A DNA stretch of 64,000 nucleotides, taken from positions 4,002 to 68,001 of the IMG/VR virus record IMGVR_UViG_3300042539_000668. The stretch is one strand, 5' to 3'. This DNA comes from a virus. The translations under genes were made by a program, and so were the position numbers. This document shows, in pieces, positions 1 to 8,717 of the stretch. Numbering within the stretch: position 1 is the first letter of the stretch; every line of letters starts with the position of its first letter. The notes under the pieces were generated by a model, which saw nothing but the letters and a program-made list of their open reading frames with translations, did not search any database and was not told the origin of the DNA.

Positions 1-2112
1 TTCAGCCGCTTGCTTGGCAAACTGACGAGCCGCCGCATAGGCATCATCCGGAGTAGAGCGGCCAAGCAACTGCGCTGCCGTGGTCGGGTCAAGCATACCC
101 ATCTGCATAAGCTGCGGGATAAGCTGCTGGTCGGTGATGGTGCGAAGCTGCTGTCCGTCAGGAGCAAGGGAGACCTTTACCCTGAACTGCTCCAGTTGCA
201 TATCCTCCGTTGTGACAAGCGCGGCCATGTCCTCCTCGCCAACCATTTGGCTCAACAGCCAAGGACGCTTTGAGTAGAATTGCTTGCCAGCCTGTGCGTC
301 GAATTGGTGTATCTGCTTGTATAGTTCGGCCACGGCAGCATAGAATGGCTGCTGCATCACACCAGCCTGTTGGAGTTGTAGCTGGAGAGTACCTACAAGC
401 TGTCCTCCCTGCGGGGAGCCATAGTTGCTCTCATACACACCCGTTGCGCTCTCTGCAATAGCCTTGAACTGGGGCAGTGAGCCAAGGAGGTTGTACATAC
501 CGGGGCCGGGGCTTGCGTCCACCTGACCCGAAGCGTTCTGAAGGCCACCAAGCTGTGACGCTGCCACAACGATGGTATCCCCCTCCTTGACCTTCATGTT
601 CAACTCCTCCTCGTCCATGTTGGAGCCATCAATAGCCTCCTTGGCGATGAGTACGGACTTGCCTCCAGCCTTGCGAATCCTCCAAGCAATGTCAGAGGTA
701 ATCTGGTTCATCCAACGCTGCGGGTCACGGGCAGCGGTGAGCGGGGCCACAACGTGACCGCCGAGGTAACGCCATGCCGAGAACTTAATCGGAAACTTGA
801 CAGAATATACGTCATCGGGGTCAGCCTCCTGCAATGGGTACATACCATAGTCAAGCACAAGGTCACCCACAACACCCACATTGGGCAGTCCGCTGTTCAT
901 GGGCGGTTGAGAAGGGCGACCATCGGCAGCGAAGGGAGCGTTCTTGGTATATCCTCCGGGGAGGTACTCCCAAGGAATCATGGAGCAGTAGCGAACTACT
1001 TCAATGGCTCTCTTCTGCTTCTTGGACCGGAGTTCAGACGCAGTCCACGCTTCGGTGTACTGGTTCTTTGGTGGCTCCACCAAGTCCTTGTCAGTGAACT
1101 GCGGCTCTCCGGTGTCGGGGTCTACTTCGTTGATGGTCACATACTGAACCATACCATCCTTCTCCACAAATCCACGCTCCACATACTTCATGTCCTTCCA
1201 ATACATGGTAAAGACACGGGGGCGGGATTGGGGCCAACCAGCGTTGAAGTTGTACCCTCCGGGCAGGATACGCGCCCACTTGTCAAGGGCAAGCACAACG
1301 TCAGCCTTTGGTTGCCAGCGTTCTGCAATGCCCGATACGTTCATCAGTGGGCAGGTGTATACAAACTGCCCGTCAGCAAAGTCAGGTCGCATGGCCGAGG
1401 TGTCCCACCCTACCTCACGAGGCTCACAAATCTCCCACTCAAGGTTGTTGCCGTTGATAAAGCAATGGGCTGCGGCTACGCCTGACAGGGCCATATAAGC
1501 AGCGGTTACGCGCTTGGTGTCCTCTAGCTTGCTACGCTCGGCAATCATATTCATCAGCGAGTTTGCCCCACGGATGATATGATCCTGATAGGTCATGTCG
1601 AATATCTTCTCTGTCTCCTGCATGGAAGGAGAAATCCCCTGCCCCTCAAATGCAGCGGCCATCATTGGCCCTGCACCAGCAGCCTCCGACATCAGCATGG
1701 CCTTGGCAAATGCCTCCTCCCTACGGGTCTGTGCATAGTACTGGGTCACAGCCTCTGCCTTGGCCGAGATTGAGATGTTGTCCACCGCTCCGACCATGCG
1801 GGTCAGCATCGGGGACAGGATGGGAAACTTGAACGGAATACGAGAGGTTTGGGCAGGGCCGTCTCCAAGGAACATACGCACATCCTCCTCCTCACCCCAC
1901 CGCGAGTCGATGGCGTATTCCATATTGGCAGTATAGTTGCCCCTGTAGAACTCAATCCAAGAACCCACCTGACGCGATAGGAAGTAGCGCGTCCACAGAG
2001 CATGATATGACTCACCCTTCTCCCTTTCGGGGGTGGTCATAGTCGGAGGGATCATCGTGGCAATGGGAATCCACGTCCAAAATCCCCTGTTATTTACTGT
2101 GGTGGGTGTCAT
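1..2112 (-). CDS. Portal protein (truncated at window edge)
   Basis: Not in ORF track because it has no stop in the window. ATG at 2112 overlaps the upstream TGA (ATGA). Reads MTPTTVNNRGFWTW...RIPFKFPILSPMLTRMVG and the same frame is still open at position 1 (704 codons if uninterrupted; both ends translated by hand). Position after terminase and the FPIL.P...MVG motif resemble crAss-like/P22-like portals. Confidence 0.75.
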   Translation of the reverse strand, partial: MTPTTVNNRGFWTWIPIATMIPPTMTTPEREKGESYHALWTRYFLSRQVGSWIEFYRGNYTANMEYAIDSRWGEEEDVRMFLGDGPAQTSRIPFKFPILSPMLTRMVGAVDNISISAKAEAVTQYYAQTRREEAFAKAMLMSEAAGAGPMMAAAFEGQGISPSMQETEKIFDMTYQDHIIRGANSLMNMIAERSKLEDTKRVTAAYMALSGVAAAHCFINGNNLEWEICEPREVGWDTSAMRPDFADGQFVYTCPLMNVSGIAERWQPKADVVLALDKWARILPGGYNFNAGWPQSRPRVFTMYWKDMKYVERGFVEKDGMVQYVTINEVDPDTGEPQFTDKDLVEPPKNQYTEAWTASELRSKKQKRAIEVVRYCSMIPWEYLPGGYTKNAPFAADGRPSQPPMNSGLPNVGVVGDLVLDYGMYPLQEADPDDVYSVKFPIKFSAWRYLGGHVVAPLTAARDPQRWMNQITSDIAWRIRKAGGKSVLIAKEAIDGSNMDEEELNMKVKEGDTIVVAASQLGGLQNASGQVDASPGPGMYNLLGSLPQFKAIAESATGVYESNYGSPQGGQLVGTLQLQLQQAGVMQQPFYAAVAELYKQIHQFDAQAGKQFYSKRPWLLSQMVGEEDMAALVTTEDMQLEQFRVKVSLAPDGQQLRTITDQQLIPQLMQMGMLDPTTAAQLLGRSTPDDAYAAARQFAKQAAE

Positions 2113-2696
2113 CGGCGAGATTGTCTAAATGATTTTACCGAGCCATCAAGCTCATCTACAATAGTGTTATCTGATTCTACAACTCCAAATCCCCCTTTTT
2201 CGAGGGTTTTTGAAGTTTCCTCCAATAGCCTCCAAATAGCCGGAGCGCGTTTACTCCAAGACTCTTGCTCCTCAATGTCCATCGTGTTAATGTCCACAGC
2301 AAGCATTGCCTTGCAATTGTCCCGCACTCTTTGCGTGTAAAGATAATTCTCAACCCTAGCCCCTAGGTTGAAGGACTCCATTCTTTTGAATGCAGACTTG
2401 ATATTATCCGGGAATTGCGCCTTAAATTCCTTCAGCTTTGACTCCCTCTGCTGCTCTGTTGGGTATGCAACACGGACACAATGTTCCAACTTTTCAGCAT
2501 CTTCCATGTCGTAGTACGGGGATGCAGAGCATCGGAACCACCACACAAACAAAAGGTCGTGGGTTTTTATGGCTTCCGGACGGAACTCTGCGTACTCTAC
2601 GAGTTCGGGGTACTGGACACGCAAGTCCTTTGCGTTCTTCGGGGCGAAGATGAGATACCTTCGCTCCAGCATCTGTTCAATTATCTGCTCGTTCAT
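2109..2696 (-). CDS. Hypothetical protein between terminase and portal
   Basis: 195-aa ORF translationally coupled (ATGA overlaps) on both sides. Confidence 0.75.
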   Translation of the reverse strand: MNEQIIEQMLERRYLIFAPKNAKDLRVQYPELVEYAEFRPEAIKTHDLLFVWWFRCSASPYYDMEDAEKLEHCVRVAYPTEQQRESKLKEFKAQFPDNIKSAFKRMESFNLGARVENYLYTQRVRDNCKAMLAVDINTMDIEEQESWSKRAPAIWRLLEETSKTLEKGGFGVVESDNTIVDELDGSVKSFRQSRR

Positions 2697-5080
2697 GTGT
2701 ACTTCATTTCCACGCGTTCAGTTGCGTAGTATGGCCTTAATGTCATGGGGTCACGCTTGATGACCCTCTTGGTCTTGTACTGCTTGGTTTCGGCAGAAAC
2801 CTTTACAGGCTTCTTGTTGATACAGCGGGAGCATAGTTCAGCATAGGCCACAGCGTAAACCAAGTCGTCGTTGTAGACGTTCTTGTTCATCGTACCCCAT
2901 ACCACAGACCCGTCTGCCTTGGACTCCACGGAGATGTGCCTCACCTGTGTCCAAAAGTCATAGTACCATATATTGTGTCCGTTCGTCCTGATAAGGTCGG
3001 TTACATCCCCGTAGAGTGACTCTTTTCGACTTCCCTTGCCACCCTTCAGGTCAACGCCATAGATGTGCGTACCGCCCTTGTATTTGGGTAGCAGTTCGTT
3101 GCGAAGCAGCAGCGACTCCCGAAGGTTGAACACCGGGGAACACTTGAAGTCCACATATCTGTGTCCCACGTTGATTTCAACGAGTTCCTTGCAAGCCTTC
3201 TGTCCTTGGTTTCTGTAATACATCCCCATCAGCACCCCCTGCAAGAACAAGTCCGTGGGGAATGTGGTACGGGCGTTCAGCGTACAAGCGACGGTGGGTA
3301 CATACACCTCTTCCCCGTTTTCGATGACGGTACGCGCAGCGCAGTCCCATATAGCTGATGAATAGCGCGAGAAACCTCCGTCATTCTGAATGGGGTCAGT
3401 TCCTTGGAAGTAACGATAGGCGTAGGAGTTGTCCGGCTCCAAGAACATCTTGACCGGAGCCTCGATGTCGTCGAATGCTGACGGAACCCAGCGAGATCCC
3501 TTGATAGGGTGCGCGTAGAGGCTCCCCTCCGGTAACTTGACCGACTCGTCCCACACCGGGACAAACTTGCCGGGGATTGGCTGGAACCCCTTCTTGTGAC
3601 ACTCATTTATTATCCTGTTCTGCTGTTTTACGATTATCTCCATAGGAACCAGCGTCTTGTGGCTGGTCATAAAAGCATCGTCCGGCTTGCTTGGGTAGTG
3701 GGCGCAGAACAATGACAATCGCTCTGTGGCCGAAAGACCTTTTGTCTCCTCGGTCTGTCCACGCAAGTACTTGGACTTCTGCTTGTTGTAGAACTCACGG
3801 GTCATACCCGGTCGGCAAGTCCAGTCCATGAAGACCGGAACCCATCCCCCCGTGTCCTCACCTCCCTCCCAAGCCGCAAGCAGCGACTTAAAGTCATTCT
3901 CGAAAGCACCCTGCCCTGTGTTGTTGGAAGAGCCAGTACCCCATGCAAACGCTTGACGGACAAGTTCAAAGCGACCTTTCGCCTTATTGAACTGGTACAT
4001 CGTGGGGTCGATTTCGCTTTTGATTGTCTGATATGTGGGTATGTTTTGTGCCTCATCAAACAATGACCACGTTGGTGTACGTCCATTGACGGTCATGCTA
4101 TCCTCTGCCGACAGAAGTCGGAACTCCGAGATGTCCCTACCCTTCTGTGCCTTGGTATCTCCGGGGTCAAAGTCCATAATTGCACTCTCCGAGGAGAACC
4201 CCTTGCTCACGTCCACCTCACCAATCATCCAATGTGGCAAGTGCTGGAAGGTGGACTGGAACTTATCCCTGAATAGAGTCTTACCCGTCCCGTCCTTTTT
4301 ATGCACCATGAACACTCCGCTGAACGAAGAGCGGACAACGCTTTCCAATGCAGCCATTGCCATCATGGTGGATGTAATAGCAGCCTGACGGCCCTTGACA
4401 AGGTCAAAGCTGTTTCCCCTGTCCACAAGGAAGCACAGCAGGGCTTGCGGGGCAGATGCTTCATATGGGCGACGGCCACCGATGAACCCATCCTCCTTGA
4501 TGGAGACGTACTTGTTCATCCCGTACAGCTTGTTATCGGCTATACGAGCCAGTTCCCTGCGCTTGTATTCGTACCTCTCTACGGGGTCAATATCCGCTAA
4601 TGTTCGTTTGTCATCCAGCCATCTCTTCGCCTGTTCTATGTATAGATAGAATGGCTCGTAAGCGATGATGGAGTCAAACCTTGGGATGTGGCTGTTGATG
4701 AACTTGCGAAACTCCTGATCATAGTCTTCAGGGCTGTCGGGCTTCCAACTAGCCTTCTCTATTTCAACATCCTTCCACTTTTCAATCCATGAATTGGGAA
4801 TCTTGCTGTAATAAGACTCACCCTCAAGTTTGTCGCCAGCCCTAGGCCCTTCTGTTATTGTGGGGACATCATACAGCCATAGGTGACACTCTCCAAGGTC
4901 GGGGATGTCCGTTTCTTCTGACTTGAATGACTTCTGTTCCTTATGCTGGGCAACAAGTTCCTCTGAAAAGCCAGCCGACCTGACCTCCTGCTTGTGCTGC
5001 TGGGAGATGGATATTCCCTCCGAACTGAGCTTTAGAAGGAGTTCGGCGGTATGCTCTTGTATGGACTTCCTTGTGTCGAT
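2693..5080 (-). CDS. terL: Terminase large subunit (track start 4519; frame extends to an ATC at 5080)
   Basis: Walker A-like KGRQAAIT, Walker B LFDEAQ, GTGS coupling motif, nuclease GTDP and DDLV. Frame is open 187 codons upstream of the first ATG. Confidence 0.88.
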   Translation of the reverse strand: MDTRKSIQEHTAELLLKLSSEGISISQQHKQEVRSAGFSEELVAQHKEQKSFKSEETDIPDLGECHLWLYDVPTITEGPRAGDKLEGESYYSKIPNSWIEKWKDVEIEKASWKPDSPEDYDQEFRKFINSHIPRFDSIIAYEPFYLYIEQAKRWLDDKRTLADIDPVERYEYKRRELARIADNKLYGMNKYVSIKEDGFIGGRRPYEASAPQALLCFLVDRGNSFDLVKGRQAAITSTMMAMAALESVVRSSFSGVFMVHKKDGTGKTLFRDKFQSTFQHLPHWMIGEVDVSKGFSSESAIMDFDPGDTKAQKGRDISEFRLLSAEDSMTVNGRTPTWSLFDEAQNIPTYQTIKSEIDPTMYQFNKAKGRFELVRQAFAWGTGSSNNTGQGAFENDFKSLLAAWEGGEDTGGWVPVFMDWTCRPGMTREFYNKQKSKYLRGQTEETKGLSATERLSLFCAHYPSKPDDAFMTSHKTLVPMEIIVKQQNRIINECHKKGFQPIPGKFVPVWDESVKLPEGSLYAHPIKGSRWVPSAFDDIEAPVKMFLEPDNSYAYRYFQGTDPIQNDGGFSRYSSAIWDCAARTVIENGEEVYVPTVACTLNARTTFPTDLFLQGVLMGMYYRNQGQKACKELVEINVGHRYVDFKCSPVFNLRESLLLRNELLPKYKGGTHIYGVDLKGGKGSRKESLYGDVTDLIRTNGHNIWYYDFWTQVRHISVESKADGSVVWGTMNKNVYNDDLVYAVAYAELCSRCINKKPVKVSAETKQYKTKRVIKRDPMTLRPYYATERVEMKYT

Positions 5081-5085
5081 AGGTG

Positions 5086-5093
5086 CAAATTTA
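5086..5093 (-). promoter_or_regulatory. Bacteroidota -7 promoter element TAAATTTG for terL
   Basis: Matches TAnnTTTG; 5-nt gap to the ATC at 5080. Confidence 0.6.
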
Positions 5094-5126
5094 GATACAA
5101 AGTATTGAGCATCAACATATTGTTGC

Positions 5127-5134
5127 TATATTTG
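5127..5134 (+). promoter_or_regulatory. -7 promoter TATATTTG (divergent from the terL promoter)
   Basis: TAnnTTTG followed 4 nt later by ATG 5139 of a 35-aa ORF (MDTTSVSF...). Confidence 0.6.
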
Positions 5135-5223
5135 CTCTATGGATACCACCAGCGTTTCATTCGACGGGTTTGCACAAGAACTTCTTGAAGAATGTGGTGG
5201 TGTGATTGTAATCTACTACACAG

Positions 5224-5688
5224 ATGCCAGCACCGTATCGCTTTGATGTAAACGTGGGCAATGGAGACATTGAGTTTGTCAATGTTGTTAGCGCCGAAAC
5301 CGAATACCTCATCAACCTGTATACGGTTGTGGATGTTACGGCCCAAGTAAAGCAAGTCAGGGTGTACGGTCTTGCGGATGGGGACGTACCTTGGTACCCA
5401 ACCTACGGCGGAAACCCTTGGGCCAGTGTTGCAAACGATGCAACCATGCTGCAAGACAATTGGCCTGACCCCGCATCAACATTTTCAGGTGGGTTTGGAC
5501 CAACTGCTGATACTCAAATAGCTGGAAAATCTCCAGCGCAACAATACTTTGTCCGCTTGCATCTAAACGACCAGCGTTTTATGGATATTCCAATGGGCAA
5601 GGTAGCCAACCAAGCAACTTGGACTAATGATGCTCTCGGAGCATCCGCCTGCATTGTGGACATTCGCACAGCCATTAAGATGCCTTAA
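5224..5688 (+). CDS. Hypothetical, probably virion-associated protein
   Basis: 154 aa; its C-terminal motif is shared with the N-terminus of the 8714-10345 fibre protein. Confidence 0.7.
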   Translation: MPAPYRFDVNVGNGDIEFVNVVSAETEYLINLYTVVDVTAQVKQVRVYGLADGDVPWYPTYGGNPWASVANDATMLQDNWPDPASTFSGGFGPTADTQIAGKSPAQQYFVRLHLNDQRFMDIPMGKVANQATWTNDALGASACIVDIRTAIKMP

Positions 5689-5860
5689 AGTCAATCTGAC
5701 TCATAAGTTCCATAAGGACGTTAATACCTCCTTGAACTTCAGCAACCCTCATGTAATCCATGGGGGTTGTTCGTTCTTGGTTATTGACGATGTCTGTCCA
5801 CTGCTCGTTGAGCTTGTCCAGCTTCGTCAAGATAAGTGCTTTAATTGCTTCGTTTTTCAT
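5675..5860 (-). CDS. Small hypothetical protein (leaderless)
   Basis: TATATTTG (5873-5866), 5-nt gap, then ATG MKNEAIK... Confidence 0.65.
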   Translation of the reverse strand: MKNEAIKALILTKLDKLNEQWTDIVNNQERTTPMDYMRVAEVQGGINVLMELMSQIDFKAS

Positions 5861-5962
5861 GGATACAAATATAGCAACACCTGTGCTTGGTAGAAAAATT
5901 TGCATACCGAATACATAACTCCCTGATAATCAGTTATATTTGCATCATAAACCTCAACTACA

Positions 5963-6451
5963 ATGATCATTCAGTTCAACGACGTGAATGGCGAAGTGGT
6001 AAACACCAACTTCGTTACTCCCCAGCTTATGGCAACGGTAGGCCCGTTCTCCAAGCTGATCACCTACCCCACCTACAATGTTCCGGGTGACTACAGCTAC
6101 AGCGGGCCGTACTATGGCAACACCACTCCCGGTGTAAATCGCAATCCGGGGAACCCCTTGGACAATCCCAATGCTCCCGTTGGTCGAACCGAGCCTGTGG
6201 AAGGTCAACTGACTACTGCTTACTTTGTGGAGGATGTCCTCACTCCTTTTGGCCCCACTGGCAGCTATCTGTTCCCGCTGGGTCAGGGTGGTTCCTACAT
6301 TGGCTTCTACAGCCCAACGGGTGTGCTGTACACCAAGTTTAAGATGGATGACGCTGCCGCTGCTTCGACTGGCATTGCCACCATTGCTGCATCTCTCGGT
6401 GCTGGCGACCCATATCTGCTGCTTTTGAGCGACGGTACCGTTGGTCCCTAA
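5963..6451 (+). CDS. Hypothetical, probably structural protein
   Basis: 162 aa, G/P/T/Y-rich, preceded by TATATTTG at ~5935 and followed by a terminator. Confidence 0.75.
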   Translation: MIIQFNDVNGEVVNTNFVTPQLMATVGPFSKLITYPTYNVPGDYSYSGPYYGNTTPGVNRNPGNPLDNPNAPVGRTEPVEGQLTTAYFVEDVLTPFGPTGSYLFPLGQGGSYIGFYSPTGVLYTKFKMDDAAAASTGIATIAASLGAGDPYLLLLSDGTVGP

Positions 6452-6471
6452 TACTCTTTATGCCTATGTAG

Positions 6472-6497
6472 AAAGCCCCCTTTATTGGGGGCTTTTT
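6472..6497 (+). terminator. Rho-independent terminator (possibly bidirectional)
   Basis: AAAGCCCCC-TTTATT-GGGGGCTTT followed by a T-run. Confidence 0.8.
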
Positions 6498-6517
6498 GCT
6501 TTTAGTAGATTTGCTCT

Positions 6518-6781
6518 ATGAAACAAGCGTTCCCTGACCTTCGTAACCCCGAACCAAGCAGAGGTGTTGTAGACAGAACAAATGTTACAATCCAAGACCT
6601 TGTGACAGCTATTGTCGAGGTGGACAAGGCAATCACACGATTTGAGTCACAGGCGGACTCTAGGTTCGGTATGCTGGCCAACAGAAGGATAGATGCGCTC
6701 ATCCACGTCTGTGAAAACCTCAAGCGTCGTATCAACGACACTCGCAGGATGCTCAACTCGGAGGATGATACGGAGTATTGA
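6518..6781 (+). CDS. Hypothetical coiled-coil protein (leaderless)
   Basis: TAGATTTG 6506-6513, 4-nt gap, ATG. Confidence 0.7.
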   Translation: MKQAFPDLRNPEPSRGVVDRTNVTIQDLVTAIVEVDKAITRFESQADSRFGMLANRRIDALIHVCENLKRRINDTRRMLNSEDDTEY

Positions 6782-6965
6782 TGCCCAAGGTGTCGTTCCT
6801 GCTTAACACCACTTGGTTGGTGTCGAAGAACTTCACCTGTCCATCCTCCAGCCCTACCATAAACACGCTGTTAGCCTGTGGCCCGTAGTCTATCATGCAG
6901 ATGACTATTCCATCTCCAAGTTCTGTGGAGACCCATAGTATCTGCTTGAACTCGTGGACTATCAA
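6753..6965 (-). CDS. Hypothetical protein
   Basis: 70 aa, coupled to the upstream gene. Confidence 0.7.
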   Translation of the reverse strand: MIVHEFKQILWVSTELGDGIVICMIDYGPQANSVFMVGLEDGQVKFFDTNQVVLSRNDTLGINTPYHPPS

Positions 6966-7264
6966 GGTTCAACTACTAGCTTTGGTTCTTCTGCCACCTC
7001 GGCTTCGGGGGCAGAGGCTTCTGCCTCGTCCACCATCTTGTTGATGGCTTCGACCACTTCGGAGAACACCTGTGGGTGGTTCATAGCCATGTGGGCAATG
7101 ACGTTCTTCACCATCTGTTCGCTGTAGTGGCCGGACATCTTCACCCCTCCCTCCACATCACCGCTGTACATCATAAAGAGTTCAAGGGTGTGCTTCTTGC
7201 AGTGCTTGTGCAACTGGTCGGCGAGGAGGGATAGCTTGCTTCTGTTCTGCTTGTCTGTGGGCAT
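6962..7264 (-). CDS. Hypothetical protein
   Basis: 100 aa, in operon. Confidence 0.7.
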   Translation of the reverse strand: MPTDKQNRSKLSLLADQLHKHCKKHTLELFMMYSGDVEGGVKMSGHYSEQMVKNVIAHMAMNHPQVFSEVVEAINKMVDEAEASAPEAEVAEEPKLVVEP

Positions 7265-7266
7265 GG

Positions 7267-7590
7267 TCAGTCTTTTTTCTTGTTTTGGTATCGGGCCAGC
7301 ATCCGGCGACCTTTGGCAACGGCAGATGCCTTGTCACCATAGTGGCCCCACGCCTCCAAAGATAGCTTCAGACGGGTCTTCTCGCCATCCTTCATCAGGG
7401 GGCCAGCGGCACTGCCCATCCTTACCAAGAAGGAGCCTTTGCGACGCATCTGTTCGGGGGACGATGGTGCGCCCTTGACAGGAGCCTTCAGGTTGCTCCC
7501 GGTCTCCTTGTTGTACTTGGCGCGGCCAGCGGCGGAGAGACCGCCCTTGGGGTTCTTGTGTTCCTTGCGGAGGTTTACTTGCTTGGACAT
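7267..7590 (-). CDS. Basic phage protein (DUF6321-like)
   Basis: KNPKGGLSAAGRAKYN...NLKAPV...RRKGSF.VRM...RL.LSL.AW, a pattern common in aquatic phages. Confidence 0.65.
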   Translation of the reverse strand: MSKQVNLRKEHKNPKGGLSAAGRAKYNKETGSNLKAPVKGAPSSPEQMRRKGSFLVRMGSAAGPLMKDGEKTRLKLSLEAWGHYGDKASAVAKGRRMLARYQNKKKD

Positions 7591-7593
7591 CTC

Positions 7594-7770
7594 TTATGGC
7601 TTTGTAAATGTTTCGGTTAATGGGTCGTATATGTCTCCTATGGCGCGGTCTTCGTCCTCGTCAGGAACAAGAAGGTCATACGCGCCGGGGTAGACGTAGT
7701 CAGGCTCGTTGACCAAATCTAGTACAATAATGTTCTGTACTATGTTATTGCGAATTACGCAGACTCTCAT
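7594..7770 (-). CDS. Small protein downstream of the Gly-rich fibre (possible fibre chaperone)
   Basis: 58 aa MRVCVIRNNIVQNIIV...AIGDIYDPLTETFTKP; below the track cutoff; coupled to the upstream stop. Confidence 0.65.
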   Translation of the reverse strand: MRVCVIRNNIVQNIIVLDLVNEPDYVYPGAYDLLVPDEDEDRAIGDIYDPLTETFTKP

Positions 7771-8717
7771 TGTGCAAATACTTCATAGACAATTAAAAAC
7801 CCATTGCCTCCAGCACCACCAGCACCGCGTGTGCCTGTACCTGTTCCGCCACCACCACCGCCGCCAGCAGCGCGACCACCATTAGCACCTGCTCCTCCAT
7901 TTGTTGCACCGCTAACTCCACCTCCACCACCACCACCTGTTCCAAGGCCAATAGTTGTTGTCACGGGCAAACCAAGAAATGGCGTGACATATATATCGCT
8001 CACCCCTGCGGTGCCATTACCACCACCAGCAGCGCCACCTGCACCGCCATTGGTCAACGTACTGTTGTTGTATGCCCCGCCGCCATCACCTCCTTTCAAG
8101 CCGCCCGGAAGAGTGTTGATGTATCCTCCTCCACCTCCACCACCTGCACCACCTGCTGGGCTGTTTGTTGCCGACCCGTTGGCTATGATAAAGCTGTGAA
8201 TGATAGCATTTCCAGCATATGGCGTCACTAATGAATTTTCCGTTTCGCGTCTACCTCTGCCACCCGGAGCGCCGGTAACGCTTTCCGCTCCGACTGGTGT
8301 ACATAGCAAAGCACTACCGCCAACGGCTTGCGTTGGAGCTATAGTGCTACCCGCAGCTCCGCCATCACCGCCTTTTGCCTCAACGTGCAGTCCGAATAGT
8401 GTGGCTCCTCCTGCGCCACCAGCACCAATAGCAGGACCAGCAGCACCTGCTCCGATGGCATAGGTCTCTGTCGTGCCAAGAGATGCCTCCGGTATCCACA
8501 CGCGCACAGTAGCACCTCCGCCACCACCGCTGCCACCAGATGCTACACTGCTGTTGCGAAGGCCAGCACCACCACTACCACCACCACCAGCAGCGAACAC
8601 CCAGACACCTTTGAACGATGAATGCGTAGGCTTGCTCCACGTTCCGCCCGTGGTGTACTCGCGCAGCACATTGGCCGGGCTGCCAATCTTGGGGATGGCA
8701 AAAGAACCTACGCTCAT
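7767..8717 (-). CDS. Glycine-rich tail fibre/adhesin-like protein
   Basis: T.GGTW.KP...GGGGSGG...GG.GF.IVYE architecture of phage glycine-rich domains. Confidence 0.75.
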   Translation of the reverse strand: MSVGSFAIPKIGSPANVLREYTTGGTWSKPTHSSFKGVWVFAAGGGGSGGAGLRNSSVASGGSGGGGGATVRVWIPEASLGTTETYAIGAGAAGPAIGAGGAGGATLFGLHVEAKGGDGGAAGSTIAPTQAVGGSALLCTPVGAESVTGAPGGRGRRETENSLVTPYAGNAIIHSFIIANGSATNSPAGGAGGGGGGGYINTLPGGLKGGDGGGAYNNSTLTNGGAGGAAGGGNGTAGVSDIYVTPFLGLPVTTTIGLGTGGGGGGGVSGATNGGAGANGGRAAGGGGGGGTGTGTRGAGGAGGNGFLIVYEVFAQ

